Shown: positions 1 through 10,466, numbered from the stretch's first letter. The stretch is DNA of 64,000 nt from an uncultured Pseudomonadales bacterium (GCA_964598145.1 CAZRAM010000002.1:403795-467794), one strand, 5' to 3'. Translations and numbers: made by a program. Notes: generated from the sequence alone by a model not told the origin.

Positions 1-80
1 TGGGACATGGTCGCTATATGGAAGACCTGATCCAGCGTGCAGTGGGTAAGCCCAGTAGTGATGATGACGGCGAGGCCTAA
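1..80 (+). CDS. rbfA: 3' end of upstream gene, probably ribosome-binding factor A (partial, start outside window)
   Basis: Open frame from the window edge reads ...GHGRYMEDLIQRAVGKPSSDDDGEA. Stop TAA 78-80 overlaps the truB ATG (TAATG). The acidic tail and the position directly upstream of truB-rpsO-pnp fit rbfA synteny. The fragment is too short to identify by sequence alone. Confidence 0.45.
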   Translation, partial: GHGRYMEDLIQRAVGKPSSDDDGEA

Positions 81-1009
81 TGGCGCGACGTCGTAAGGGC
101 CGTCCCGTAAACGGCATCTTGGTGCTGGATAAACCCACCGGAATGTCATCCAACGCAGCGCTGCAAACGGCGCGTCGTTTGTTCGATGCGCAAAAAGCCG
201 GCCACACCGGTGCACTTGATCCGCTCGCCTCTGGTGTGCTTCCCGTCTGTTTTGGTGAAGCCACCAAATTTTCTCAATATCTACTCGATGCCGACAAGGC
301 TTACCACAGCGTGTTTCGCCTTGGGGTACGCACCGCCAGTGGCGATGCTGAGGGTGAAGAGCTATCTCGTGTTGATGCAAGTTATATCGACATGGCGGCC
401 ATCGAAGCTGCCGCTCCCGCTTTTCGTGGTGAAATTACCCAGATCCCCTCGATGTTTTCGGCGCTTAAGCATCAAGGTCAGCCGCTGTATAAGTTGGCCC
501 GTCAGGGTATCGAAGTGGAGCGCAAATCGCGCCGTGTGAACATTCACTCATTGCAGTTGGGTGAGTTTATCGCCTCTGAGCATCCTTCCTTAGCCGTTGA
601 TGTACACTGCAGTAAGGGTACGTATATTCGCAGTATTGCAGAGGATCTCGGCGATGCTCTCGGCGTGGGTGGTCACGTTGAAGTGCTGCGGCGCACGCAG
701 GCCGGCCCCTTTCATTTGGGCCAGGCGGTGACGCTCGACGAGTTGCGCGAGCGGCTTGAAAGAGATGGTTTGGATGCGCTCGATGAATTGCTGTTGCCGG
801 TGGAAACGCCACTGATGCATTTCCCTGAGGTCACTATCAGTGCTGATCTTGGTCGCTACTTCCTGCATGGCCAGCCGGTCATGAAGTCAGCTCTGCCAGA
901 TGGGCTCCTGCGTGTCTATGTCGAGGGACTGGGTTTCGTCGGCACAGGTGAATGCAACGACGATGCCATGCTCGCACCACGTCGGCTTTTCCAATTTAGC
1001 GCTAATTAG
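80..1009 (+). CDS. truB: tRNA pseudouridine(55) synthase TruB
   Basis: 309-aa ORF with TruB-family blocks GILVLDKPTGMSSN and GHTGALDPLASGVLPV (catalytic Asp). Lies in rbfA-truB-rpsO-pnp synteny. Confidence 0.95.
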   Translation: MARRRKGRPVNGILVLDKPTGMSSNAALQTARRLFDAQKAGHTGALDPLASGVLPVCFGEATKFSQYLLDADKAYHSVFRLGVRTASGDAEGEELSRVDASYIDMAAIEAAAPAFRGEITQIPSMFSALKHQGQPLYKLARQGIEVERKSRRVNIHSLQLGEFIASEHPSLAVDVHCSKGTYIRSIAEDLGDALGVGGHVEVLRRTQAGPFHLGQAVTLDELRERLERDGLDALDELLLPVETPLMHFPEVTISADLGRYFLHGQPVMKSALPDGLLRVYVEGLGFVGTGECNDDAMLAPRRLFQFSAN

Positions 1010-1189
1010 CGTAAATCCTTAATAAATCTGTGCACTTATGTGCAAAAGCGTATATAATTTCGCGTCGACTTGTATGGGTGTATTACCCGCGGGTCTATAA
1101 GGCAAACAGACCTGTCTGTAAATATGCACGGGCAGGCCGTTTCATTCACGGTAAGTTGTTCTTACCAAAGGCATATTGGAGAAAAAATC

Positions 1190-1459
1190 ATGGCATTATC
1201 AGCTGCAGAAAAAGCTAGCATTGTTAAAGAATACCAACAAGCAGAAGGTGACACTGGTTCACCAGAAGTTCAAGTAGCGCTGTTGACCCACAACATCAAC
1301 AAGCTGCAAGATCACTTCAAAGCTAATTCTCACGATCACCACTCTCGTCGTGGTCTGATCCGCATGGTTAACCAGCGTCGTAAATTGCTGGATTACCTGA
1401 AAGGTAAAAACGTCTCGCGTTATGCCGACCTGATCAAGCGTCTGGGTCTGCGTCGCTAA
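1190..1459 (+). CDS. rpsO: 30S ribosomal protein S15
   Basis: ORF-track ORF 1070..1459 trimmed to the internal ATG at 1190, which has GGAG about 10 nt upstream. The 89-aa product [16 protein letters not shown]...[23 protein letters not shown] is unmistakably S15. Confidence 0.97.
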   Translation: MALSAAEKASIVKEYQQAEGDTGSPEVQVALLTHNINKLQDHFKANSHDHHSRRGLIRMVNQRRKLLDYLKGKNVSRYADLIKRLGLRR

Positions 1460-1467
1460 GACACTCA

Positions 1468-1501
1468 AAGCCCGGCATGTATTGCCGGGCTTCATTTTTT
1501 T
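1468..1501 (+). terminator. Rho-independent terminator/processing hairpin after rpsO
   Basis: 10-bp stem aagcccggca/tgccgggctt with loop tgtat, followed by cattttttt. It sits immediately before the pnp RBS. Confidence 0.8.
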
Positions 1502-1513
1502 GGAGGAAACCCC

Positions 1514-3634
1514 GTGAAACCGGTTATTAAAACTTTTCAATACGGTAAACACACCGTAACACTGGAAACGGGACGAATTGCACGCCAGGCAACAGGCGCC
1601 GTGCTAGTAAGCATGGATGACACTGCTGTCTTGTGTACTGTGGTAGGTGCTAAGAGCGCATCACCTGGTCAAGACTTTTTCCCTCTCTCTGTGCACTACA
1701 TGGAGCGTACCTACGCGGTAGGTAAGATTCCTGGTGGCTTCTTCAAGCGTGAAGGCCGTCCCAGCGAGAAGGAAACATTGACCAGTCGTTTGATCGACCG
1801 TCCTATTCGTCCGCTGTTCCCCGAAGGCTTCAAAAACGAAGTACAAGTAGTTTGTCAGGTTGTGTCAGCCAACAAGAGCGTTGACCCTGATATCGCTGCG
1901 ATGATTGGTACTTCGGCAGCGTTGGCTATTTCAGGCATTCCTTTCGACGGTCCCATCGGTGCCGCTCGTGTAGGTTTCTCTGATACTGACGGTTATCTGT
2001 TGAACCCCACCTATGCCGAGCTGAAAGAGTCGCGTCTGGATATGGTGGTCGCCGGTACCAAAGAAGCGGTACTGATGGTTGAATCAGAAGCAGACGAGCT
2101 GACTGAAGATCAAATGTTGGGTGCAGTATTATTCGCTCACCAAGAATTGCAAGCCGTTGTTCAAGTGGTTGAGGAATTGGCCGCTGAAGTTGGCAAGCCC
2201 CGTTGGGAGTGGACTGCCCCAGAAGCTAACGCTTCTCTGGTAGATGCTCTGCAATCACAATTCGGTGCTAAAGTTGGCGAAGCTTACCGCATCACCGAAA
2301 AAGCGGCGCGTTACGACGCGTTGGCAGCGATTAAAGAAGAAGCGGTTGCTACACTGGCTAGCGATGAAATCAGCGCTGACGATATCAAAGCTGAATTCAA
2401 AGATCTGGAGAAAACCACTGTTCGCAAGCGTATTCTGAATGGCGAACCCCGTATCGACGGTCGCGATGGCAAAACTGTCCGCGCGATTCACGTTGAAACC
2501 GGCGTGGTTCCCAACGCGCACGGTTCGGCGTTGTTCACCCGTGGTGAAACGCAGGCACTGGTTGTGACTACCCTGGGTAGCGCACGCGATGCACAGATCA
2601 TCGATGCCCTCGAAGGCGAGCGTCGCGATCCGTTCATGATGCACTACAACTTCCCTCCCTACTCGGTGGGCGAGTGTGGTCGTATGGGTGCTACCGGTCG
2701 TCGTGAAATTGGTCACGGTCGTCTGGCCCGTCGCGGTTTGTCAGCCATGCTGCCTACCGAAGATCAATTCCCCTACACCATCCGCGTTGTGTCAGAGATT
2801 ACTGAATCTAACGGTTCTAGCTCTATGGCCTCTGTGTGTGGCGGTAGCTTGGCGCTGATGGACGCGGGTGTTCCCATGCGTGCACCTGTAGCTGGTATCG
2901 CTATGGGTCTGGTGAAAGAAGGCAATCAATTTGCTGTTCTGACCGACATTTTGGGCGACGAAGATCACTTGGGTGATATGGACTTCAAAGTAGCCGGTAC
3001 TTCTGAAGGTATTACTGCGCTGCAGATGGACATCAAAATCCAAGGTATCAACGAGAAGATCATGGACGTAGCGCTGGAACAAGCCCAGCAAGCTCGTCTG
3101 CACATCCTTGGTGAAATGAATCGCGTCATCAGCGAGTCACGCGAGACTCTGTCTGACAACGCGCCTTCAATGACTAGCTTCAAGATCGATGCTGACAAGA
3201 TCCGTGACGTGATCGGTAAAGGCGGCGCTACCATTCGCGGTATCACCGAGCAAACCGGTGCCTCTGTGGATCTGGAAGACGACGGTACCGTTAAAGTATT
3301 CGGCACCGATGCTGCGTCGCGTGACGCCGCTGTCGATATGATCATGGCGATCACTGCAGAAGCTGAAGTTGGCGCTGTTTACAAAGGTAAGATTGCACGT
3401 ATCGTCGACTTCGGCGCTTTCGTGACCATCCTGCCCGGTAAAGATGGCCTGCTGCACATTTCTCAAATTTCTCACGACCGCGTAGAGAACGTTGCTGACG
3501 TTCTTGAAGAAGGTCAGGAAATCGACGTTAAAGTTCTCGACGTTGACGCGCGTGGTCGCATCAAGTTGAGTGCCAAGGCGCTGATCGAGAAAGAAGCACC
3601 TGCAGAAGATGCGGAAACCGAAGCGGCTGAATAA
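1514..3634 (+). CDS. pnp: polyribonucleotide nucleotidyltransferase (PNPase)
   Basis: 706 aa with GTG start preceded by GGAGGAAACCCC. Contains two RNase PH-like domains, a KH region and a C-terminal S1 domain ([29 protein letters not shown]). Confidence 0.97.
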   Translation: MKPVIKTFQYGKHTVTLETGRIARQATGAVLVSMDDTAVLCTVVGAKSASPGQDFFPLSVHYMERTYAVGKIPGGFFKREGRPSEKETLTSRLIDRPIRPLFPEGFKNEVQVVCQVVSANKSVDPDIAAMIGTSAALAISGIPFDGPIGAARVGFSDTDGYLLNPTYAELKESRLDMVVAGTKEAVLMVESEADELTEDQMLGAVLFAHQELQAVVQVVEELAAEVGKPRWEWTAPEANASLVDALQSQFGAKVGEAYRITEKAARYDALAAIKEEAVATLASDEISADDIKAEFKDLEKTTVRKRILNGEPRIDGRDGKTVRAIHVETGVVPNAHGSALFTRGETQALVVTTLGSARDAQIIDALEGERRDPFMMHYNFPPYSVGECGRMGATGRREIGHGRLARRGLSAMLPTEDQFPYTIRVVSEITESNGSSSMASVCGGSLALMDAGVPMRAPVAGIAMGLVKEGNQFAVLTDILGDEDHLGDMDFKVAGTSEGITALQMDIKIQGINEKIMDVALEQAQQARLHILGEMNRVISESRETLSDNAPSMTSFKIDADKIRDVIGKGGATIRGITEQTGASVDLEDDGTVKVFGTDAASRDAAVDMIMAITAEAEVGAVYKGKIARIVDFGAFVTILPGKDGLLHISQISHDRVENVADVLEEGQEIDVKVLDVDARGRIKLSAKALIEKEAPAEDAETEAAE

Positions 3635-3666
3635 TTCGGCACAAATCGGCATTGCGCACGTAAAAA

Positions 3667-3693
3667 GGTCATAGTTTACTATGGCCTTTTTTT
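3667..3693 (+). terminator. Rho-independent terminator after pnp
   Basis: 8-bp stem ggtcatag/ctatggcc (one G-U pair) with a 4-nt loop, followed by ttttttt. Confidence 0.75.
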
Positions 3694-3711
3694 ATACACC
3701 GGAGGTATGCC

Positions 3712-4794
3712 ATGCACGTTGTAAAAAGTTTTGTTGCCGCGCTGTTTGCGGTGGCGTCGTTTTCTGCCAGTGCCCTACAGGTGGAAACAGTCACCGATGC
3801 CCTTGCTAGACCCTGGTCGATCAGTTTAATTGATGATCATGCAGCGTTCGTCACAGAAAAAGAAGGCACGCTGCAATGGATCGATCTTCGCGACGGCAGC
3901 ATGCGCACCATTGCAGGTATGCCGGAAGTATTCAGCGAAAGCCAAGCCGGTCTCCTGGGTACGGTACTGCACCCGCAGTATGCGGAAAACGGCTGGTTTT
4001 ACGTGTCCTACGTCAAGCCCTTAGGCAACGATAAGACCACCACCGCCGTCATGCGTTTTACCTTCGATGGTGAGAAAATTACCGACGCTCTCGCCATTTT
4101 CGAGGCCGCTATCGACAGTGATAACAAAGGCCACTTCGGCAGCCGTCTTGCGTTCGATCGCGATGGTTTGCTCTACATAACGCTGGGTGACCGCCGCAAT
4201 CGCCCTACAGTACAGGATATGTCGCACCACAACGGCAAGTTGATCCGACTGAACGACGACGGCACTATCCCTGCGAGCAATCCTTTTGTATCGGGCGATG
4301 ATGTCGCCAAACCTATTTTCAGTTTGGGGCACCGCAATGCGCAAGGTCTGGCAATGCGCGCCGATGGCTCGATGTGGAACAGCGAGCACGGCCCCCGCGG
4401 CGGTGACGAAATTAACAAACTACGCCCGGCGGTTAACTATGGTTGGCCGGTAATTACCTACGGTAAAGAATACATTGGTGGCGATATCGGTGAAGGTACC
4501 GAGAAAGCAGGCTTAGAGCAGCCTATCCACTACTATGTGCCCTCGATTGCTACCTCGGATATGGTGTTTTATTACGGTGAAGAATTCCCCGAGTGGAATG
4601 ATAATTTGCTGATCACCTCGCTGGCGGGCAGCCACCTGAACCGATTGACCCTTGAGGGTGATAAGGTGGTCGCCGAAAACCGCCACTTAGAGGATTTAAA
4701 AGAGCGCCTGCGCGATATTGCGGTGGATAGCCGCGGTGTCATTTATCTGATTACCGACAGTGGCAAGCTGTTGCGTTTGCGTCAAGGCCAATAA
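3712..4794 (+). CDS. periplasmic PQQ-dependent sugar (glucose/sorbosone) dehydrogenase, sGDH/YliI family
   Basis: Signal peptide MHVVKSFVAALFAVASFSASA. Beta-propeller family blocks GLLGTVLHPQY, HFGSRLAFDRDGLLYITLGDR, SLGHRNAQGLA, EHGPRGGDEIN and NYGWP. Confidence 0.8.
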   Translation: MHVVKSFVAALFAVASFSASALQVETVTDALARPWSISLIDDHAAFVTEKEGTLQWIDLRDGSMRTIAGMPEVFSESQAGLLGTVLHPQYAENGWFYVSYVKPLGNDKTTTAVMRFTFDGEKITDALAIFEAAIDSDNKGHFGSRLAFDRDGLLYITLGDRRNRPTVQDMSHHNGKLIRLNDDGTIPASNPFVSGDDVAKPIFSLGHRNAQGLAMRADGSMWNSEHGPRGGDEINKLRPAVNYGWPVITYGKEYIGGDIGEGTEKAGLEQPIHYYVPSIATSDMVFYYGEEFPEWNDNLLITSLAGSHLNRLTLEGDKVVAENRHLEDLKERLRDIAVDSRGVIYLITDSGKLLRLRQGQ

Positions 4795-4798
4795 ACGC

Positions 4799-5641
4799 AT
4801 GATTAAATGGATGCTCGCGTTGTTGTTGTGTGCCCCAGCTGTTGGTGCGCACGCCCAAATGCGAGTAGCCTCCATCAATATGTGTGCCGACCAGTTATTG
4901 TTGCTGATGGCACCGCGCGAAAACATTGTCTCGCTCTCCTACTTATCCGCCGATCCCCAATACTCCAGTTGGACAGAGCAAGCGAGTAAGTTTCCACTTA
5001 ACCACGCCGGCGCCGAAGAACTTGTCACCCTAGCGCCCGACCTGGTGTTGGCGGGGCAGTACAGTGACCCGATGGTGATTCGTTTATTGCGCCAGCAAGG
5101 TATCGATGTATATCAAATGACGCGCCCCCAGCATTTGGAACAATTGTTCGATGAGGCGCTCGCCGTGGGCAAGTTGTTGGGCCGAGAAGAGGTGGCTAAA
5201 CAGCTTATACAGACTTGGCAGCGCGATATAGCACGCTTACTAGAGCAGGGCAGCGCCCCAGAACAACCGCGCTTGGCGATCGTTGGGCCGAACGGATTTA
5301 CCGAAGGGGCGGGTAGTTTGCGTGACCAAATGCTACAACAAGCGGGCATAATAAATACCGCCGCCGAACTCGGTTTGGTGGGTAATAGTGCCTTTACACT
5401 TGAACAACTGATTACCGCGCGCCCCGATTTGATCGCCCTGGAAGACTCTACGCGTAATGTTAACTCGCTGGCGCAACGCTTGTTGCAACATCCGGCCATT
5501 GGCAACCTTGCTACGATGACGGTAGAGTTACCGGCAAATATGTGGTCGTGCCCCGGCCCGAGTTATGTACAGGCGCTCGGGGCGTTGATCGAAGCCAAAT
5601 TATGGTGGCGTGCAAGACAGGACAACGTGGTTGAACAATAA
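4799..5641 (+). CDS. ABC transporter periplasmic substrate-binding protein, TroA-like class (BtuF/HmuT/FecB type)
   Basis: ORF 4760..5641 trimmed to ATG 4799 (signal peptide MIKWMLALLLCAPAVGAHA), 4 nt after the preceding stop. Overall resemblance to corrinoid/heme/siderophore binding proteins. Followed by a FecCD permease and an ATPase. Confidence 0.75.
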   Translation: MIKWMLALLLCAPAVGAHAQMRVASINMCADQLLLLMAPRENIVSLSYLSADPQYSSWTEQASKFPLNHAGAEELVTLAPDLVLAGQYSDPMVIRLLRQQGIDVYQMTRPQHLEQLFDEALAVGKLLGREEVAKQLIQTWQRDIARLLEQGSAPEQPRLAIVGPNGFTEGAGSLRDQMLQQAGIINTAAELGLVGNSAFTLEQLITARPDLIALEDSTRNVNSLAQRLLQHPAIGNLATMTVELPANMWSCPGPSYVQALGALIEAKLWWRARQDNVVEQ

Positions 5642-6617
5642 ATGGTTTTACAGTGCATGTGCGGTATGGATACTGCTCATGTTATGGCATCTCTCGGTGG
5701 GCAGCAGTCATATCAATCTGTTGGTTGCGCTGCAGGGTGTCTGGTCGGGCGACGATAGTATCGCGGCGACCATTTTGCGCGATATTCGCTTGCCTCGTAT
5801 GGTGTTGGCTATTGCGGTAGGCGCCGTGCTGGGACTCTCTGGGGCGGCTATGCAGAGCTTGTTGCGCAATCCATTGGCGGACCCGGGGCTGGTCGGCGTC
5901 AGTAATTTCGCCGCTTTGGGGGCGGTCATTAGCCTCTATTTTGGTTGGGCGGCGATGGCGTGGTGGGTGCTTCCGGTGGGGGGAATGCTCGGTGCCGCGA
6001 TGGCGGTAGTGGCGATCTTTGCCTTGGCTGGGCTGCAAAGTAACGGCCTAAGTTTGATCTTGGCTGGTGTGGCGGTCAATGCGCTAGCCGGCTCGTTGAT
6101 CGCACTGGCGCTTAACTTTTCCGCTAACCCCTATGCCATGAGTGAGATCGTTTATTGGTTGCTGGGGTCGTTTGCCAATCGCAGTGTGGTTGATGTGACC
6201 ATGGCACTGCCCTTTATGGTGGTGGGTAGCGTAGCCATTTTGATGAGTAAAAATTTTCTCGATGCGCTTAGCCTAGGTGAAGAAACGGCCCAGTCGCTCG
6301 GTTATGATCTACTGCGGCAGCGAACCATGATCATTATCGGTGTGGCGCTCTCGGTCGGCGCGGCGGTCTCGGTGAGCGGTAATATTGGCTTTGTTGGTTT
6401 GGTCATTCCCCATTTAGTGCGCCCAATGGTGCAGCATCGCCCCAGTAAATTATTGTTGGCCAGTGCCTTGGTTGGTTCCGGGTTTATGCTGTTGGCTGAT
6501 ATCTTGGTACAGGTCTTTGCTACTGGTCAGGAGTTAAAGCTTGGGGTGGTGACGGCCTTAGTGGGCGGTCCCTTCTTCCTGTGGTTAATCTGGCGCTTGC
6601 GGAGGTCTTATGTCTAA
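5610..6617 (+). CDS. FecCD/BtuC-family ABC transporter permease
   Basis: Polytopic membrane protein with the family block LRLPRMVLAIAVGAVLGLSGAAMQSLLRNPLADPGLVGVS. The start is uncertain: GTG 5610 overlaps the upstream gene by 32 nt, and TTG 5631 is an alternative. Confidence 0.85.
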   Translation: MQDRTTWLNNKWFYSACAVWILLMLWHLSVGSSHINLLVALQGVWSGDDSIAATILRDIRLPRMVLAIAVGAVLGLSGAAMQSLLRNPLADPGLVGVSNFAALGAVISLYFGWAAMAWWVLPVGGMLGAAMAVVAIFALAGLQSNGLSLILAGVAVNALAGSLIALALNFSANPYAMSEIVYWLLGSFANRSVVDVTMALPFMVVGSVAILMSKNFLDALSLGEETAQSLGYDLLRQRTMIIIGVALSVGAAVSVSGNIGFVGLVIPHLVRPMVQHRPSKLLLASALVGSGFMLLADILVQVFATGQELKLGVVTALVGGPFFLWLIWRLRRSYV

Positions 6618-7383
6618 GGTCCCCAGCCTTGTATGCAGCAATGTCAGTTGGCGTAAATCGTCTAGATCCCTGCTCGACAATATCAACCTTGAATTGACCG
6701 AGTCTGAGTTAGTGGCGGTCATCGGCCCCAACGGGGCGGGTAAAAGTAGTTTGATGCGCGCCATGATGGGTTTAATTCCAGATATGCAAGGGAGCGTCTT
6801 GCTGGATGGCCGCGAGCTGCCTCGCATTGATATCAAAGAGCGGGCAAAGCTCGTGGCCTACATGCCTCAGCAGCAACCGGTGGCGTGGCCTCTATCGGTG
6901 CAGCACACGGTTGAGCTTGGTCGTTTACCCCACCAAGGCTTTAGGCGTCGCCTCAACAGTTGCGACGTGGAGGTTGTCACAGAAGCCATGCAGATGGCCG
7001 ACGTTGCGCACTTAGCAGAGCGCAGCGTTGACACCTTGTCGGGTGGTGAGTTATCGCGGGTGATGATTGCGCGACTCTTTGCCGGGCGGGCGCCCATTAT
7101 TTTGGCGGATGAGCCCATCGCCGCACTCGATCCTTACCACCAGTTACACATCATGGAATTGTTGCAGCAGCACTGTCAGCGTGGAGGGTCGGCGATGGTG
7201 GTTATGCACGATCTCACCATGGCGGCGCGTTTCTGCCAGCGTATTGTGGTCATGCAAAATGGTCGTGTAGTCGGTAACGGCGCCCCGGACGAGGTGCTTA
7301 GTGATGAGTTGTTGGCAGAGGTCTACGGTGTGAAAGTGACGCGTCTAGACGGTATGGTAATACCGCAGTCGCGGCTCGACTAA
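6610..7383 (+). CDS. ABC transporter ATP-binding protein (BtuD/HmuV/FecE type)
   Basis: Walker [10 protein letters not shown], signature LSGGE and Walker B IILADEP. The ATG overlaps the permease stop by 8 nt. Confidence 0.9.
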   Translation: MSKVPSLVCSNVSWRKSSRSLLDNINLELTESELVAVIGPNGAGKSSLMRAMMGLIPDMQGSVLLDGRELPRIDIKERAKLVAYMPQQQPVAWPLSVQHTVELGRLPHQGFRRRLNSCDVEVVTEAMQMADVAHLAERSVDTLSGGELSRVMIARLFAGRAPIILADEPIAALDPYHQLHIMELLQQHCQRGGSAMVVMHDLTMAARFCQRIVVMQNGRVVGNGAPDEVLSDELLAEVYGVKVTRLDGMVIPQSRLD

Positions 7384-7859
7384 CGGTTGTCGTGGCGCAC
7401 GATGCGCTGCTTCTCGCGGTTCCAATCGCGATCCTTCAAGGTGTCGCGTTTGTCGTGTTCTTTCTTACCCTTGGCAAGCGCAATTTCCGCTTTGATCAGG
7501 TGGTTTTTCCAGTATAGCGCGGTGCAAACGCAGGTCAGGCCCTTAGCTTCTACCGCCAAGGCGATGCGTGCTAATTCCTTACTGTGCAGCAACAATTTGC
7601 GGTTTCGAGTCGGCTCCGTGACGTAGTGAGTACAGGCGCTCTTGAGGGGGGTGATATTCATCCCGTAGAGGTAGGCTTCGCCCTGGTGCATTTGAACAAA
7701 GCTATCCACCAGTTGTACTTTGCCTTCGCGCAGGCTTTTAACTTCCCAGCCTTGCAGCGACACGCCAGCCTCGAATTTGTCTTCGATGAAAAAGTCGTGT
7801 TTCGCTTTCTTGTTGAGAACGATGGTGTTGCTTTGGGGTTTGGGTTTCTTCTTAGCCAT
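7380..7859 (-). CDS. smpB: SsrA-binding protein SmpB
   Basis: ORF 7380..7946 trimmed to ATG 7859. The 159-aa product [44 protein letters not shown]... is typical SmpB. Confidence 0.95.
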   Translation of the reverse strand: MAKKKPKPQSNTIVLNKKAKHDFFIEDKFEAGVSLQGWEVKSLREGKVQLVDSFVQMHQGEAYLYGMNITPLKSACTHYVTEPTRNRKLLLHSKELARIALAVEAKGLTCVCTALYWKNHLIKAEIALAKGKKEHDKRDTLKDRDWNREKQRIVRHDNR

Positions 7860-7985
7860 GGCGCGTAGTATAAAGCACACAACGCTGGGCTGCCTATGTG
7901 ATTTGTGCCAGAAGCTAAATTTTTGTTTTTCCTTGAGACTCGCCACTTCTTGGCAGACAATACAGAGGCATAACAGGGAAGCGCA

Positions 7986-9338
7986 ATGAAACGACAGGTT
8001 AGTTCAGATCAAGGCATGTGGCGTCGCCAAATTACCTTTTTATTGGCATCGTCTGGCTCGGCTATTGGTCTTGGAAATATCTGGAAGTTCCCTTACATCG
8101 CCGGTGAAAATGGCGGTGGTGCTTTCATTTTGATGTATCTTCTCTGCATAGCTCTGGTAGGTATTCCCATTTATATGGCGGAAACCGTCGTCGGGCATGA
8201 GACCCGCCGCAATCCGGTTTCGGCGATGTCGATACTGGCCAATCAGGCCGGTCAAAGTCAGCGTTGGCGCTGGGTGGGCGGCGTGGCTTGCCTAACGGGG
8301 CTTATCGTACTGTCCTATTTCACCGTGGTAGCTGGCTGGGGTCTACACTATTTGGTGAACGCTTTTGAAGGGGCCTTTCAAAACGAAGGGAGCTTCGCCG
8401 TTCGCGGTATCTTCATCGATCTGTTATCCGACCCGGTGGCGATGGTGCGCTATCAGTCCCTGTTTCTAGTGACTGTGATGGTGGTGGTAGGCCTTGGCGT
8501 TCGCGCTGGTTTGGGCGTTGCCGGGCATGTCATGGTGCCGCTAATGTTGCTCATGTTGGGGCTGCTAATTGCCTACAGCCACTCGCTGGGAGATATGACG
8601 GCCGCCATCGATTTTATGTTTAGCTTTGACACTGATGCGCTCAGCTGGAATAGCTTTCTGGTGGCCTTGGGGCACGCGTTCTTTTCTTTGAGCATTGGCA
8701 TGGGGGCGATGATGGCCTATGGCGCTTACATGCCCAAGCGCACTTCCATCCCTACGATGGTCTTTGCGGTAGCTAGCATCGACTTATTGTTTGCCATGTT
8801 TGCCGGCCTAGCCATCTTCCCCATTGTATTTGCCAGTGGTTTGGCACCAGGCGAAGGTCCAGGGTTGATGTTTGTAAGTTTGCCGGTGGCATTTGGCAAT
8901 ATGCTGTACGGCAACTTCATGGGCGCGCTGTTTTTCGCTTTGGTGGTGGTTGCCGCCTTGAGTTCGGCGGTGGCACTGCTTGAGCCGGCGGTGGCGTGGC
9001 TCAATGAGCGGCGTGGTCTGCCGCGCCCTATCGGCGTTTTACTATTAGGAGTGCTGGTATGGCTGCTTAGCTTAATGTCGATGTTTTCCTTCAATGCGCT
9101 GCAGCATGTCAAAATTGTGGCAGAGCTCAATATATTTGAGTTTCTCGATAGCCTTTCTGCCAACGTGTTGTTGCCCGGCGTGGGTTTTGCGTTGGCCGTT
9201 TTTGTCGGTTGGCGCATGGATGTTAAGAAATTTGCCCACCGTCGCTTCTTCTCGTTGTGGATTTGGTTGCTTCGCTATGTCACCGCCCCGGCGGTTTTGG
9301 TAATATTCGTCACCACGTTAATGCAACACGCGGTCTAA
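7986..9338 (+). CDS. sodium-dependent transporter, neurotransmitter:sodium symporter (NSS/SNF) family
   Basis: 450-aa polytopic protein with the NSS signature [24 protein letters not shown]. Confidence 0.9.
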   Translation: MKRQVSSDQGMWRRQITFLLASSGSAIGLGNIWKFPYIAGENGGGAFILMYLLCIALVGIPIYMAETVVGHETRRNPVSAMSILANQAGQSQRWRWVGGVACLTGLIVLSYFTVVAGWGLHYLVNAFEGAFQNEGSFAVRGIFIDLLSDPVAMVRYQSLFLVTVMVVVGLGVRAGLGVAGHVMVPLMLLMLGLLIAYSHSLGDMTAAIDFMFSFDTDALSWNSFLVALGHAFFSLSIGMGAMMAYGAYMPKRTSIPTMVFAVASIDLLFAMFAGLAIFPIVFASGLAPGEGPGLMFVSLPVAFGNMLYGNFMGALFFALVVVAALSSAVALLEPAVAWLNERRGLPRPIGVLLLGVLVWLLSLMSMFSFNALQHVKIVAELNIFEFLDSLSANVLLPGVGFALAVFVGWRMDVKKFAHRRFFSLWIWLLRYVTAPAVLVIFVTTLMQHAV

Positions 9339-9348
9339 GCCGGTAACT

Positions 9349-9783
9349 ATGAAAACCATTCAACGCAGCGCGCTGCTCATGTATCCCGTCGAACACCTAT
9401 ACCGACTTGTGAACGAGGTAGAATCGTACCCGCAGTTTATCGATGGCTGTGTTGGCAGCGAGGTATTTGAGCGCTCTGAGACTGAATTGCGAGCCCGTTT
9501 AGACCTTGCTAAGGCGGGGGTCAAACTCAGCTTCACCACCCATAACACCATGCAACCAAACGAGCACATTGTGCTGAATTTAGTCGATGGCCCTTTTAAA
9601 GCCTTCAAAGGTGAGTGGCGCTTTACTCGTTTGCAAGAAAATGCTTGCAAGGTCGAGTTTGAGTTGCAATTTGAATTATCCAATGCGCTGTTGAGTGCTG
9701 CTGTAGGCAAGCTGCTCGATGGCGTAACAACCAATTTGGTAGATGCTCTATGTCAACGCGCGAAAACGCAACCGATTCAATGA
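9349..9783 (+). CDS. ratA: RatA/YfjG-family SRPBCC protein (ribosome-association toxin RatA / CoQ-binding-like)
   Basis: 144 aa, SRPBCC-like sequence, in conserved linkage with rnfH, smpB and bamE. Confidence 0.8.
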   Translation: MKTIQRSALLMYPVEHLYRLVNEVESYPQFIDGCVGSEVFERSETELRARLDLAKAGVKLSFTTHNTMQPNEHIVLNLVDGPFKAFKGEWRFTRLQENACKVEFELQFELSNALLSAAVGKLLDGVTTNLVDALCQRAKTQPIQ

Positions 9784-10067
9784 TTACTGTTGAGGTGGCC
9801 TACGCCACGCCACAGCTGCAAAAAATTGTCACGCTTCAAGTGGCGGCAGGCACAACCCCTCGCCAAGCAGCGCTTGCCTCTGATATTGGGCGGTTTTTCC
9901 CTGACGCCGATATTGCTGGCGCCGACATGGGTATTTTCGGCAAGGTAGTAAAGGCTGACGAATATGCGCTACAAGAAGGCGACCGGGTGGAGGTTTACCG
10001 GCCGTTGATCGCCGATCCTAAGGAAGTGCGCAAAGCGCGCGCCGCCAAGGTTAAGGCTGAGAAGTAG
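9780..10067 (+). CDS. rnfH: RnfH-family ubiquitin-like protein
   Basis: ORF 9750..10067 trimmed to ATG 9780 (MITVEVAYATPQ...), which overlaps the ratA stop as ATGA. About 95 aa in the typical RnfH position. Confidence 0.8.
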   Translation: MITVEVAYATPQLQKIVTLQVAAGTTPRQAALASDIGRFFPDADIAGADMGIFGKVVKADEYALQEGDRVEVYRPLIADPKEVRKARAAKVKAEK

Positions 10068-10086
10068 CGGCGCAACGCGCCGCTAC
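10064..10086. terminator. GC-rich hairpin between convergent rnfH and bamE (putative bidirectional terminator, no U-tract)
   Basis: Perfect 10-bp stem gtagcggcgc/gcgccgctac with a 3-nt loop, filling the 21-nt gap between the two stop codons. Confidence 0.45.
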
Positions 10087-10088
10087 TA

Positions 10089-10466
10089 TTATTCTTCGGG
10101 AGTGTTGACGACGGGGTTGCTTCCCTCGTCGGTGGGCTTATCACTTGCTTTGTTTTTCAGCTGGCCTTCTATGGTGACCAGTTTGTCGTCCTCAAAGATC
10201 ACCGCTATACGCTCTTCAATGAGTGTCTTCTTGCCGTACTGCACCAGGAAAATATAATCCCAGCGCTGATCATTGAAACTGTCGGTGATCATGGGCGTGC
10301 CCATGATGAACTTCACCTGGCGCTTGGTCATTCCGGTTTCAAGTTGGTCGAGCATATCTTGTTTGACAATGTTGCCCTGTGGTACCCGCATCTTGTATAC
10401 ACCCGGGAAGCTACATCCAGCCGCAAGAAGGGTGCTGGCGAGCACAAGTGGCAAAAGTTTTTTCAT
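10089..10466 (-). CDS. bamE: outer membrane protein assembly factor BamE (SmpA/OmlA lipoprotein)
   Basis: 125 aa with a lipoprotein signal MKKLLPLVLASTLLAAGC and the SmpA/OmlA block QGNIVKQDMLDQLETGMTKRQVKFIMGTP. Confidence 0.9.
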   Translation of the reverse strand: MKKLLPLVLASTLLAAGCSFPGVYKMRVPQGNIVKQDMLDQLETGMTKRQVKFIMGTPMITDSFNDQRWDYIFLVQYGKKTLIEERIAVIFEDDKLVTIEGQLKNKASDKPTDEGSNPVVNTPEE

